Below are positions 18,573-28,332 of a stretch of 64,000 nt of DNA, piece by piece. The DNA is taken from assembly GCA_947625765.1 (NCBI GenBank), contig CANQPP010000001.1:7763-71762 (forward strand), given 5' to 3'. Position 1 is the stretch's first letter; each line of letters begins with the position of its first letter. A program made the translations under genes and the position numbers. The notes beneath the pieces were generated by a model, which ran no database searches, had not been told where the DNA came from, and saw only the letters and a list, made by a program, of their open reading frames with translations. This stretch comes from an uncultured Clostridia bacterium. GTDB lineage: Bacteria > Bacillota > Clostridia > Christensenellales > UBA1750.

Positions 18573-19160
18573 TTATCTGAACAGCGCCGCGCAGCCGAAG
18601 GCGCCTTCCCTGTCGCGCACGGTCAGGTCCACGCGCCGCCAGTCCCCGGCCCTGCCCGGCACGGAGACCTGGATGAGGTAGGCGGTCAAAAAGCCCGCCC
18701 CGCCCGCGTACTCCCGCACGCGGTCGCAGACATAAACGCGGCTCCTCTGCCCGTCCACCTCGACCTCGATGTTTTCTTCTTTGAGCTCCGGCGCGATGTC
18801 GCCCTCTCCAGCCTGGAACCTGCACAGGCTCATCGGCCGGAAATAGACCAAAAGCGCGTTTGCGGCCCCCTTCACGGTGAAGGCGTGCAGGCCGTACACC
18901 TCCAGCGCGTCGATGCGGACGCGCAGCGCTTCCCCGTCCCGCACGGGGACGTTCTGCGCCCAATATTCGAGGTACTTCTCCCCATAGTCCCGCACGGCGG
19001 TGAGGAAGGGATACCTTCCCTCCGGCGCTTCGAGGGCAAAGCCGCCGTCCGCCCCGCTGACGGCGCTGTACACCGTCTGAAAACGCTCGTCCTTAAGCTC
19101 CACGGTAACGCCTTTAAGCGGGCCTTCCCTGCCCGCCGCCGTGCCCCGAAGGATCGCCAT
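18573..19160 (-). CDS. hypothetical protein, N-terminus resembles a carboxypeptidase-regulatory-like beta-sandwich
   Basis: Start at MAILRGTAAGREGPLKGVTVELKDERFQTVYSAVSGADGGFALE (ATG 19160, GGGAGGGAAAGAG SD). No catalytic motif recognised. Confidence 0.45.
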   Translation of the reverse strand: MAILRGTAAGREGPLKGVTVELKDERFQTVYSAVSGADGGFALEAPEGRYPFLTAVRDYGEKYLEYWAQNVPVRDGEALRVRIDALEVYGLHAFTVKGAANALLVYFRPMSLCRFQAGEGDIAPELKEENIEVEVDGQRSRVYVCDRVREYAGGAGFLTAYLIQVSVPGRAGDWRRVDLTVRDREGAFGCAALFR

Positions 19161-19200
19161 GGTCTCTTTCCCTCCCTTTAGCGTATCTGCCAAAACGCCG

Positions 19201-19247
19201 CCTTCCGGCTTTGGCCCCGGAAGGCGGCGTTTCTTTGCCGTTCAAGC
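19201..19247. terminator. bidirectional rho-independent terminator after the GH31 gene
   Basis: A 13-bp perfect stem, CGCCGCCTTCCGG (19206-19218) with CCGGAAGGCGGCG (19227-19239), flanked by AAAA and TTTCTTTG. Confidence 0.7.
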
Positions 19248-19255
19248 CTTGCTGT

Positions 19256-21514
19256 TTACAGCTCGATCTTCGTTTCCCCGGCGGGCAGCTCGACCTTGGC
19301 CTCTACGGCCTCGCCAACGTGCACCACCAGCGTGCAGGGCAGGTCGGCGCGGGCGGTCAGCGTGCCGCCGCAGCGGGAGACCTCCACCTTCATCGCGGGG
19401 CTGCCGTCCTTGTTAGGCACGGTGCAGGCCGCGCTGGCATTGTCCGCAGGCTGGTAGAGGTGCACCTCCAGACCCTTCGTGTAGTCGTAGTTGGGCCTGT
19501 TCTGCTCGGTGCCCATGGGAAGCAGCGTATTCTCACGCACGAACAGGGGCAGGGACAGGTAGTCGTAATGCTCCCTGTGCCAGCCGCCCTCACGCACCTC
19601 GCCGCTGAGCAGGTGGGTCCACTTGCCCTCGGGCAGGTAGTATTCGCCAATGGAGTCCTCGTTGAAGATGGGGGCCACCAGCAGCTTTTCGCCCAGCATG
19701 TACTGCTTGTCCAGCGGCAGGCAGTTGTTGTCGCCGGGGAAGGCCAGGAACATGGGCCGCATCACGGGCGCGCCGGTGAAGTGCGCCTCGGCGGCCGCGC
19801 CGTACAGGTAGGGCATCAGGCGGCATTTTAAGCGCACGAAGGCGCGCACCACGTCGCAACTCTCCTCGCCGAAGTACCAGGGCACGCGGTAGCTCTTGGA
19901 GCCGTGCAATCTGGAATGGGTGGAGAGCAGGCCGAACTGGGCCCAGCGCTTGTAGATGTCCGGCGGCGCGGTCTGCTCGAAGCCCGCCATGTCGTGGCTC
20001 CAGAAGGCGAAGCCGCTGGCCGCCAGGGACAGGCCGCCGCGCAGCGTTTCGGCCATGGAGTCGTAGTTGCCGGAGCAGTCGCCGCCCCAGTGCACGGGGA
20101 AGCGCTGGCCGCCGGCGGTGGCGGAGCGGGCGAACACGCAGGCCTCGTTCTCGCCCTTGACCTCCTTCAAAAGGTCGAACACGCACTGGTTGTAGAGGCT
20201 GGTGTAGTAGTTGTGCATCGCCACGGGGTCGGCGTCGTTAAAGTAGCGCACGTTCGTGGGGATCCTCTCGCCGAAGTCGGTCTTGAAGTAGTCGACGCCC
20301 ATGTCGAGCAGCGCCTTGAGCTTGCCGCGGAACCATTCGCACGCGCCGGGGTTGGTGAAGTCCACCAGGCCCATCCCGGCCTGCCAGCGGTCCCACTGGA
20401 ACACGGAGCCGTCGGGCTTCTTGAGCAGGTAGCCCTTCTGCTTGCCCTCCAGGAACATCGGGGACTTCTGGGAAACATAGGGGTTGATCCAGACGCAGAT
20501 CTTCAGCCCGCGCGCCTTGTAGCGGGCCAGCATGCCCTTGGGGTCGGGGAAGATGCGGCTGTCCCAGGTGAAATCGCACAGGTGGAACTCCCGCAGCCAG
20601 AAGCAGTCGAAGTGGAACACGTGCAGGGGGATGTCCCGCTGCGCCATGCCGTCGATGAAGCTCATCACCGTCTTTTCGTCGTAATCGGTGGTGAAGGAGG
20701 TGGAAAGCCACAAGCCGAAGCTCTCCTCGGGCGGCAGGGCGGGCAGGCCGGTCAGGGCCACGTAGCGCTTGAGCGCGTCCATGGGCTCCGGGCCCGCGAA
20801 CACGTAGTAGCCCAGCCTCTCCCCTTCCAGGCCGAAGGAGACGCGGCTCACCTTCTCGGAGCAGATCTCATAGAACACCTTCTCCGGGGTGTCGCAGAAC
20901 ACGCCGTAGCCGCGGCTGGAAAGGTAGAAGGGGATGTTCTTGTAGGCGATCTCGGAGGCGGTGCCGCCGTCCTCGTTCCACATGTCCACACTCTGGCCGT
21001 TCTTGACGAAGGGCGTGAAGCGCTCGCCCAGGCCGTAGATGTTCTCCCCCACGGAGCACTTGAGCTGCTCCACCAGGAAGTTGCGCCCGTCCCTGTGCTG
21101 CATGTAGGCAAGGTTGCGGAAGGAGCTCTCGGTCAGGAGCCTGCCGTCTTGATAGAAGGCCAGGCCGTAGGGCTTGCGGGTGACCACGGCCTTCAAGGGG
21201 CCGGAAACGTACTCGATCTTCTCCTCGCCGATGGTGAGCTTTGTCTCCGTCTCCTCCTTGTAGATGTCGAAGGCGGGGATGTTGTCCAGGCCGCCCATGA
21301 AGTGGTAGACGTTCACGCGGATGACGCCCGAGCGGGGCGAGGTCAGCTCCACGGTCAGCAGGCCGCAGTCGATAGTGGAGCCGCGGCCCTCCTGCTCGCG
21401 GAAGGGGCAGAAGATGCGCACGCCGTTCTCGAAAGGCTCCGCCTCGTAGGCGCACATGGGGTAATTGGGCTTGTATTCCGGCTTGATGAGCCAATATCCG
21501 TCGGTAAACTTCAT
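19256..21514 (-). CDS. yicI: GH31 alpha-xylosidase (YicI-like)
   Basis: 752 aa, near-colinear with my recollection of E. coli YicI: MKFTDGYWLIKP..., YGLGERFT, HVFHFDCFWL, KICVWINPY, catalytic-region GVDYFKTDFGERIP, WGGDC, HSRLHGS. Confidence 0.9.
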   Translation of the reverse strand: MKFTDGYWLIKPEYKPNYPMCAYEAEPFENGVRIFCPFREQEGRGSTIDCGLLTVELTSPRSGVIRVNVYHFMGGLDNIPAFDIYKEETETKLTIGEEKIEYVSGPLKAVVTRKPYGLAFYQDGRLLTESSFRNLAYMQHRDGRNFLVEQLKCSVGENIYGLGERFTPFVKNGQSVDMWNEDGGTASEIAYKNIPFYLSSRGYGVFCDTPEKVFYEICSEKVSRVSFGLEGERLGYYVFAGPEPMDALKRYVALTGLPALPPEESFGLWLSTSFTTDYDEKTVMSFIDGMAQRDIPLHVFHFDCFWLREFHLCDFTWDSRIFPDPKGMLARYKARGLKICVWINPYVSQKSPMFLEGKQKGYLLKKPDGSVFQWDRWQAGMGLVDFTNPGACEWFRGKLKALLDMGVDYFKTDFGERIPTNVRYFNDADPVAMHNYYTSLYNQCVFDLLKEVKGENEACVFARSATAGGQRFPVHWGGDCSGNYDSMAETLRGGLSLAASGFAFWSHDMAGFEQTAPPDIYKRWAQFGLLSTHSRLHGSKSYRVPWYFGEESCDVVRAFVRLKCRLMPYLYGAAAEAHFTGAPVMRPMFLAFPGDNNCLPLDKQYMLGEKLLVAPIFNEDSIGEYYLPEGKWTHLLSGEVREGGWHREHYDYLSLPLFVRENTLLPMGTEQNRPNYDYTKGLEVHLYQPADNASAACTVPNKDGSPAMKVEVSRCGGTLTARADLPCTLVVHVGEAVEAKVELPAGETKIEL

Positions 21515-21581
21515 ATTCGCCCGATGATCTCCTTTCTGTTCAATGTCTTTTTCAATGTGTCTTTATCGACCAAAAGGCCTT

Positions 21582-23591
21582 TCAGCGCAGTTTGAGCACT
21601 TTAGAGCCGTGCCCGGGCAGCTCCACGCACTCCAGCTTTTCGCCGGTGAGCGCATCCTGCCCCGAGATCTCGACCTTGCAGCCCTCGGCCGCGAAGTTCA
21701 GCAGGAAGGCGTACATCTCCTTCTCGTCCCCGCGCAGGGCGATGGAGCAGCCGTAGGGCAGCTCGTGTTTTTCAAGGCCCGTTTCGTCCGCCAGGTCCGT
21801 GTAGAAGGCGCGCATGAAGCTGTCCTCCAGCCGCCCGGCCACGAAGTAGGCGCGCCCCTTGCCAAGCTCGTTTACGGTCAGGGCGGGGTTGCCCGCGTAG
21901 AACTCCCTGCGGTACTCCGCCAGGGAGCGCGCGCCCTGCAGGTGCAGCTGCTCGGCGTAGTCGAACAGCCTGTACCTCTGGCCGTGGTAGAGGATCTCGT
22001 TGCTCTCCCCTGGCAGCAGCACGTCGATCTCCTCGCACCAGATGCCCAGCGTCTCCTTGAGCGGGCCGGGGAAGCCGCCTAAATAGCACAGGTCGTTCTC
22101 GTCCACGTAGCCGCTGCCGAAGGTGCTCACCAGCGTGCCGCCCTTCTCCACGAAGGCGCGCACGCGCTCGCCCAGGCCGCTGCGCACCATGTAGAGCATA
22201 GGCGCGACCAGCAGGTCGTACTTGGAGAGGTCGCTGTCCTCATTCACCACGTCCACCTGGATGCCCAGGCTCCACAGGGCGCGGTAGTGGTCCATCACGG
22301 TGTCGAAATACTTCTTGTCGCGGTTGTTGAGCCCCTGGGCGTCGTTCAGGGCCCAGGCGTTTTCCCAGTCGTAGAGTATGGCGGCGCGGGCGGGGGTGTC
22401 CTGGCCCACAACGCCGTCAAGCTTGGAGAGGATCCGGCCGACCTCGGCGATCTCGCCGTTCACTCGGGTGTGCTCGTGGCCCACGTGGTCCACCACCGCG
22501 CCGTGCAGCTTCTCCGAGCTGCCGCGGGACTTGCGGAACTGGAAGTATTGCACGCTGTCCGCGCCGTGGCCCACGGCCTGCAGGGACTGCAGGATGTGCA
22601 CGCCGGGCCTGTGCAGCCGGGCGTAGGGCCGCCAGTTGGTGGCGGAGGGGCAGGACTCCATGAGGAAGAAGGGCCTGCCCTTCACCCCGCGCATGAGGTC
22701 ATGCCGGAAGGCGATCTCCGCGGCCAGGGGCACGTCGTCCTCGGTGCGGCCCGTCCACTGGGGATAGTTGTCCCAGGAGGCAAAGTCCAGCTCCTTGGCC
22801 AGGCGGAAGTAGTCGATGCCGGGATAGGTGCCCATGAGGTTGGTGGTGCAGGGCACGTTCGGGGTGATGGCCTTTAACGGCTCGGTCTCCACGCGGTAGA
22901 AGTCGATGAACTGGTCGGTGGTGAAGCGCTTCCAGTCCAGCTTCTGGGCGTGCACGGAGGTCTCTCCTATGGACGAGGGGGCCTCGATCTGGGACCAGTC
23001 GGTATAGGTGTGGGACCAGAAGGCCGTCCACCAGGCGTGGTTGAGGGCGTCGAGGGTCTTGTATTTGTTCTTGAGCCAGGCCCGAAACTTCTCCTGGCAG
23101 GCGGGGCAGAAGCACTCGCCGCCGTACTCGTTGGAGATGTGCCAGGCGCCCAGGGCGGGATGATCTTTGTATCTTTCCGCAAGCTGCGTATTGATTTTTT
23201 GCACCATCTCGCGGTACACTGGAGAGGTGAGGCAGTGGTTGTGCCGTCCGCCGTGCAGGTTGCGCCTGCCGTCGTCCCGCACGCGCAGCACCTCCGGGTA
23301 CTTTTGGCTCAGCCACGCGGGCCTGGCGCCGGAGGGCGTGGCCAAAACGGCCTTCATGCCCTGGGCGGCCATCATGTCCATGATGGTGTCCAGCCAGCCG
23401 AACTCGAACTTCCCCTCCTCGGGCTCCAGCGCGGCCCAGGAAAAGATGCCCACGGACAGGCTGTTGATGCCCATCGCCTTGGCGATGCGCATGTCCTCTT
23501 TCCAGATATTCAGGTCCATCCACTGGTCCGGGTTGTAGTCCCCGCCGTGCACCATGTGGGCAAAGCCGGGAATGACGGGCGAAAAGCGCAT
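21582..23591 (-). CDS. GH42 beta-galactosidase
   Basis: Trimmed to MRFSPVIPGFAHMVHGGDYNPDQW (ATG 23591, GGGGAGGAA SD). GH42 hallmarks: GINSLSVGIFSWAALEPEEGKF, WHISNEYGGECFC, and the Cys cluster CFCPACQ. Confidence 0.9.
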   Translation of the reverse strand: MRFSPVIPGFAHMVHGGDYNPDQWMDLNIWKEDMRIAKAMGINSLSVGIFSWAALEPEEGKFEFGWLDTIMDMMAAQGMKAVLATPSGARPAWLSQKYPEVLRVRDDGRRNLHGGRHNHCLTSPVYREMVQKINTQLAERYKDHPALGAWHISNEYGGECFCPACQEKFRAWLKNKYKTLDALNHAWWTAFWSHTYTDWSQIEAPSSIGETSVHAQKLDWKRFTTDQFIDFYRVETEPLKAITPNVPCTTNLMGTYPGIDYFRLAKELDFASWDNYPQWTGRTEDDVPLAAEIAFRHDLMRGVKGRPFFLMESCPSATNWRPYARLHRPGVHILQSLQAVGHGADSVQYFQFRKSRGSSEKLHGAVVDHVGHEHTRVNGEIAEVGRILSKLDGVVGQDTPARAAILYDWENAWALNDAQGLNNRDKKYFDTVMDHYRALWSLGIQVDVVNEDSDLSKYDLLVAPMLYMVRSGLGERVRAFVEKGGTLVSTFGSGYVDENDLCYLGGFPGPLKETLGIWCEEIDVLLPGESNEILYHGQRYRLFDYAEQLHLQGARSLAEYRREFYAGNPALTVNELGKGRAYFVAGRLEDSFMRAFYTDLADETGLEKHELPYGCSIALRGDEKEMYAFLLNFAAEGCKVEISGQDALTGEKLECVELPGHGSKVLKLR

Positions 23592-23758
23592 ATCGAACTT
23601 CCTCCCCTTTTTATGCTTTTTGCAGGTCCTTTGTCGTTCTTCGCGGCCGGCGTCCGCCTGCCGGGCCGCGCTTCCTGACCATATATTAACACACATGTAC
23701 GCCTGCTTCAAGCGGCCCCCGCTTGAAAAAGGCCTAAAGAAAAAAGGAGCTGATCTTC

Positions 23759-24250
23759 ATGGACTTTAAGGCCATCGACGCGATGCTGGACTATTTCAAG
23801 GACGAGGGCTACATCTCCCACGCCCTGCGCGTGTGGGGCTACGCCACGGGCATCGGCGCGGGCGAGGGATTGACCGGCCGCGATTTCGACATACTGCAGA
23901 CCGCCGCCGTGTTCCACGACGTGGGCATCCCCGAGGGCATGCGCCTGGAGGGGAGCGGCGCGGGCCCCATCCAAGAGCGCCTGGGCGCGCCCATCGCCAT
24001 GCGCCTGAGCCGCCCCTTCCTGCCCGACGAGGAGGCCGTGCAGACGGTGGGGATGCTGGTGGGCCACCACCATTCCTTCACCTACGACGGCGGGCCGCTG
24101 CTGCAGATGCTCTTTGAGGCCGACTGGCTGGTGAACCTTTCCGGCGAGGACATGACGACGGAAAAGCGCCGCCGCGTGTACGACCTGTACTTTAAGACCA
24201 AAACGGGCCGCAGCTACTTTGCCTGCGTGTACCCGGACGCCCTGCGATGA
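23759..24250 (+). CDS. HD-domain phosphohydrolase
   Basis: 163 aa with H...HD signature (SHALRVWGY...AAVFHDVG...HHH). AAAGGAG SD. Confidence 0.7.
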   Translation: MDFKAIDAMLDYFKDEGYISHALRVWGYATGIGAGEGLTGRDFDILQTAAVFHDVGIPEGMRLEGSGAGPIQERLGAPIAMRLSRPFLPDEEAVQTVGMLVGHHHSFTYDGGPLLQMLFEADWLVNLSGEDMTTEKRRRVYDLYFKTKTGRSYFACVYPDALR

Positions 24251-25140
24251 GCGGGATGGAAGAGAAGCGGCCCGTCCTGTACGTGGCCGCCACGCCCATC
24301 GGCAACCTGTCCGAGGCCTCGGACAGGCTGAAGGCCGTGCTGGCGGAGGCGGACACCGTGCTCTGCGAGGACACGCGCGTCACCCACAAGCTCTTTTCCG
24401 CCTTCGGCATCCCGGTGAAAAGGCTCATCTCCTGCCACCAGTACAACGAGCGGAAGAAGGCCGCCGCCCTCATGGACCGTCTGGCGGAGGAACGGGGCGT
24501 TTACTGCCTGGTCACGGACGCGGGCACGCCCTGCATCTCCGACCCCGGCTTCGCGGTGGTGCGCGCCGCCTGGGAGCGGGGCGTCACCGTCCAGCCCGTC
24601 GCGGGCCCCTGCGCGGCGGCGGCGGCCCTGTCCGTCAGCGGCTTCGAGCTGCCGGGCTACGCCTTCTTCGGCTTCCTGCCCCGGGAGAACAAGCCCCGCG
24701 CCGAGGCCCTGCGCCGCGTGCGGCTCTGCTCCCTGCCCGCAGCGGTGCTGTACGAGAGCCCCTTCCGGGTGAAGGAGCTGCTGCGCGAGCTGGACGAGGC
24801 CCTGCCCGGCGTGTTCGTGAGCCTCAGCTGCGACCTCACCAAGCTGTTCGAGCGCACGCTGCGCGGCACCCCGCAGGAGCTGCTGGCCGCGCTGGAAAGC
24901 CTCCCCAACGCCGAAAAGGGCGAATACGTGCTTGTGCTGGATTTGAGCGCCGTCCCGCCGCCGCCCGCGCCTCATAAGCCCTCTGCCCGGGCGATGCTGC
25001 TGGACATGGTGCTGGACGGCGTTCCCCTGCGCGAGGCCGTGCAGCGCCTGTCCGGCATGGAAGGCTACACCCGCAACGAGGCCTACAAGGCGTCGCTGGA
25101 AGTCGCGCCTCTGATAGAAGAAGCCGAGGACGACGAGTGA
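24247..25140 (+). CDS. rsmI: 16S rRNA (cytidine1402-2'-O)-methyltransferase RsmI
   Basis: 297 aa. LYVAATPIGNLSEASDRLKAVLAEADTVLCEDTR...TDAGTPCISDPG is the tetrapyrrole-methylase-fold RsmI signature. Confidence 0.9.
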   Translation: MSGMEEKRPVLYVAATPIGNLSEASDRLKAVLAEADTVLCEDTRVTHKLFSAFGIPVKRLISCHQYNERKKAAALMDRLAEERGVYCLVTDAGTPCISDPGFAVVRAAWERGVTVQPVAGPCAAAAALSVSGFELPGYAFFGFLPRENKPRAEALRRVRLCSLPAAVLYESPFRVKELLRELDEALPGVFVSLSCDLTKLFERTLRGTPQELLAALESLPNAEKGEYVLVLDLSAVPPPPAPHKPSARAMLLDMVLDGVPLREAVQRLSGMEGYTRNEAYKASLEVAPLIEEAEDDE

Positions 25141-25278
25141 GCCGACGCCTTCCCTTCTTGCTCTTGCCCGTTCAAGCGCTTTTAGCCGCCGTTTTGACCC
25201 CATCTATGACAGTTGCTTCTCCGACGGAGCGGACCCGCTTTCCTGCCCAGAGCTCCGGCGGGCTTTTGCGGAGGAACT

Positions 25279-25704
25279 ATGGAAAGAATCTTTAGAATAT
25301 GTTTGCCGTTGCTCCTTCTGCCCATATTTTTAGTCTCGCTCGCTGCCTGTGACAACGCAGAAAGCGATGCGGATATATTTGAGGAGATCCGGACCGCTCC
25401 TGTCGTTAAGCTGGAGAGCGCGCAAGATACGGATAACGGACCGATCTTCTGTGACAATGCGGGCACAACAGCTTCCCTTGCAGACATGGCACTTCAGCCG
25501 TCTGACGAAGAATTTGATGGAGAATGGCTGTATCGCTTCACTTATGACCCCGCGGAAAAGGTACCGAATGGGCATGAGATCGTCGTTGCTTTGGGAGAAG
25601 CTAGGATGGAAATCGACGGCGTTACATACGTTGCCGGGGAGGGCGTCGACTTCTCCAGTATCTTGGAGTGGGCGGAGGGAGCCTATAATTACTATTCAAA
25701 GTAG
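25279..25704 (+). CDS. putative lipoprotein, function unknown
   Basis: Start at MERIFRICLPLLLLPIFLVSLAAC (ATG 25279, GAGGA SD). It has a signal peptide plus an L-A-A-C lipobox. Noticeably lower G+C than its neighbours. Confidence 0.6.
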   Translation: MERIFRICLPLLLLPIFLVSLAACDNAESDADIFEEIRTAPVVKLESAQDTDNGPIFCDNAGTTASLADMALQPSDEEFDGEWLYRFTYDPAEKVPNGHEIVVALGEARMEIDGVTYVAGEGVDFSSILEWAEGAYNYYSK

Positions 25705-25727
25705 GATATATGAAAAATTTTGTATTT

Positions 25728-25764
25728 CGGCGGCTTTGAGAGATCAGGCCGCCGTTTCCTTTTG
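25728..25764 (+). terminator. rho-independent terminator after the lipoprotein gene
   Basis: CGGCGGC (25728-25734) pairs with GCCGCCG (25748-25754), followed by TTTCCTTTTG. Confidence 0.65.
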
Positions 25765-25907
25765 TCCCCCAACATCCGCGAATGGCTTTTTTGGCACGGA
25801 CAGGCGGCGCAGCATGACGTACACATAGATAGCCCCGTCCTTTATGTGTTTGCTTTTTTGCCATTCTTCGTTAAAGAAATAACTATTCATTTACAAAGGG
25901 TCATTTA

Positions 25908-25936
25908 TTGTTTTTTGCCGCGCGTTGCAGTAGAAT
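25908..25936 (+). promoter_or_regulatory. putative promoter of the rnf operon
   Basis: TTGTTT (25908-25913), 17-nt spacer, TAGAAT (25931-25936), ~100 nt upstream of rnfC in an AT-rich spacer. Confidence 0.35.
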
Positions 25937-26037
25937 ATATATGTTTGTATGCCGTCCGCGCTTTGGCCCGCTGAAGGCCCGTTCCGCGGCGGCAGGTTCC
26001 CTTATTCCATTCTTCATATCAGTTGGGAGGCCGTGCC

Positions 26038-27363
26038 ATGCCACAGCTCAGTTTCCGCGGCGGCATCCATCCGCTCCATAAGACCCACCACGGCAAGGGG
26101 CTCACCAACAAGCTCCCCATCCGTGACGCCGCTCCTCCCCGCCAGGTGACGATCCCCATGTCCCAGCACATCGGCGCGCCCTGCGCGCCCTGCGTGCAGG
26201 TGGGCGACCACGTCTACTTGGGCCAAAAGATCGGCGAGGTGCGCGGCTTCGTCTCCGCGCCCATCCACTCCTCCGTCTCCGGCACGGTGTTGTCCGTCGG
26301 GCCGCACCTGGTGGCCGGCGGCGCGACGCCCGTGTGCGTGACCATCGAGAACGACATGCAGGATACCTGGGACCCCGCCATCCAGCCCGCCGACCCGGAT
26401 ACCTTAGACAGGGACGCCCTCGTCAAAAGGGTGCTGGAAGGCGGCATCGTGGGCATGGGCGGCGCGACGTTCCCCGCCCACGTGAAGCTCTCGCCCCCGA
26501 AGGACAAGACCATCGACTTCCTTCTGCTCAACGGTGCGGAGTGCGAGCCCTATTTGAGCGCCGACCACCGCCTGATGGTGGAAAACGCCCCCGAAATTTT
26601 GAAAGGCGTCGCCATCCTGCAGAAGATCCTGAACGCCTCCCAATGCGTGATCGGCGTTGAGTCCAACAAGCCGGACGCCTTCGACATCCTCACAAAGGCC
26701 GCTGAGGGTACGAACGTCCAGGTGCGCATGATGGCCGTCAAGTACCCGCAGGGGTCCGAAAAGCAGCTCATCCAGGCGCTCACCGGCCGGCAGGTGCCCT
26801 CGGGCAAGCTGCCCATGGACGCCGGCTGCGTGGTGGTGAACGTCTCCTCCGCCTTCGCCGTGTACGAGGCGGTGTGCCTGGGCCGTCCGCTCGTCTCCCG
26901 CGTTGTGTCCGTCACCGGCGAGGGCGTCAACTCCCCCGCCAACCTGCGCGTGCGCTTGGGGGACAGCGTCTCCTCCCTGCTGGCCCAGTGCGGCGGCCTG
27001 ACAGACGGCGTGGAGCGCCTGGTCAGCGGCGGCCCCATGATGGGCGTGGCCCTCATGACCGACGACGTGCCCGTGACCAAGGGCATGTCCGGCGTGCTGG
27101 CCCTGCAGACCAAACAGCTGGGCGACCGCACCCAGACCGCCTGCATCCGCTGCGGCCGCTGCCTGCGCGGCTGCCCCATCCACCTGCTCCCCTTCGAGCT
27201 GTGCAACGACGTGGAGGCGGGCGACTGGGAGCGGGCCGAGCACCACGGGGCGCTGGACTGCATCGAGTGCGGCTCCTGCACCTACGTCTGCCCGGCCAAG
27301 CGCGAGATCACGTCCTCCATTCGCATCGCCAAGCGCCAAATTCTGGCTTCCCGCAAAAAATAG
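26038..27363 (+). CDS. rnfC: Rnf electron-transport complex subunit C
   Basis: Start MPQLSFRGGIHP (GGGAGG SD). Features: GMGGATFPAHVK nucleotide-binding region and two 4Fe-4S motifs, CIRCGRCLRGCP and CIECGSCTYVCP. Confidence 0.93.
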   Translation: MPQLSFRGGIHPLHKTHHGKGLTNKLPIRDAAPPRQVTIPMSQHIGAPCAPCVQVGDHVYLGQKIGEVRGFVSAPIHSSVSGTVLSVGPHLVAGGATPVCVTIENDMQDTWDPAIQPADPDTLDRDALVKRVLEGGIVGMGGATFPAHVKLSPPKDKTIDFLLLNGAECEPYLSADHRLMVENAPEILKGVAILQKILNASQCVIGVESNKPDAFDILTKAAEGTNVQVRMMAVKYPQGSEKQLIQALTGRQVPSGKLPMDAGCVVVNVSSAFAVYEAVCLGRPLVSRVVSVTGEGVNSPANLRVRLGDSVSSLLAQCGGLTDGVERLVSGGPMMGVALMTDDVPVTKGMSGVLALQTKQLGDRTQTACIRCGRCLRGCPIHLLPFELCNDVEAGDWERAEHHGALDCIECGSCTYVCPAKREITSSIRIAKRQILASRKK

Positions 27364-27405
27364 TCCGCTCCCGCACTGATCTTGGAAGGGGGAAAGTACA
27401 GCCTT

Positions 27406-28332
27406 ATGTCTAACTTCACCGTATCGCTCTCGCCCCACGTGCGGGACGAGGATTCCACCCGCCGCATCATGCTGCGCGTCTGCCTGGCCCTGGCGCCCGC
27501 CGCCGTTTTCGGCGTGGTCGTCTTCGGCTGGCGGGCCCTGCTGGTGCTGGCGCTCTCCGTCGCCGCCGCCGTCTGCACAGAGTGGCTGACGCAGAAATGC
27601 CTAAAGCGGCCCGTCACCATATCGGACTGCTCCGCTTTGGTCACCGGCCTGCTGCTGGGTCTGACGCTGCCGCCCCACGCGCCCTGGTACGTGCCCGTGT
27701 GCGGCTCCGTGTTCGCCATCCTCATCGCCAAGCAGGTCTTCGGCGGCCTGGGCGGCAACTTCGTCAACCCCGCCTTGGCCGGGCGCGCCTTCCTGCTGGC
27801 CTGCTGGCCCGTGCAGATGACCTCCTGGCCCGCGCCCGCCTTCGTGGACGCTATCTCCTCGGCCACGCCCCTGGCCGATCCCGCCTTCGCGGGAAGTACA
27901 AACGCTCTCTTAAACGCCGTGCTGGGCCTTATTCCCGGCACCATCGGCGAGACCTGCAAGATCGCGCTGCTGCTGGGCGGGGCGTACCTGCTCCTCCGCA
28001 GGGTGATCGACTGGCGCATCCCCGTGGCCTACTTGGGCTCGCTGCTTCTGCTCAGCTACGCCTTCGGCGGGGACGGTCTGCTGGCCGTCTGCACCGGCGG
28101 CGTGATCCTGGGCGCTTTCTTCATGGCCACGGATTACGTGACCTCCCCCGTGACCCCCTACGGCAAGCTGCTCTACGGCCTCGGCTGCGGCCTGATCACG
28201 TTCGCCATCCGCCGCTGGGGCGCGTATCCCGAGGGCGTGACCTACGCCATCCTGCTGATGAACGTGGCCTCGCCTCTGATCGACAGGGCCTGCAGGCCCC
28301 ACAAGTACGGGGAGGTGAAGGAGCATGCGTGA
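27406..28332 (+). CDS. rnfD: Rnf complex subunit D
   Basis: Start MSNFTVSLSPHVRD. Polytopic membrane protein with the RnfD/NqrB motif DAISSATPL (FMN attachment region). Confidence 0.92.
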   Translation: MSNFTVSLSPHVRDEDSTRRIMLRVCLALAPAAVFGVVVFGWRALLVLALSVAAAVCTEWLTQKCLKRPVTISDCSALVTGLLLGLTLPPHAPWYVPVCGSVFAILIAKQVFGGLGGNFVNPALAGRAFLLACWPVQMTSWPAPAFVDAISSATPLADPAFAGSTNALLNAVLGLIPGTIGETCKIALLLGGAYLLLRRVIDWRIPVAYLGSLLLLSYAFGGDGLLAVCTGGVILGAFFMATDYVTSPVTPYGKLLYGLGCGLITFAIRRWGAYPEGVTYAILLMNVASPLIDRACRPHKYGEVKEHA

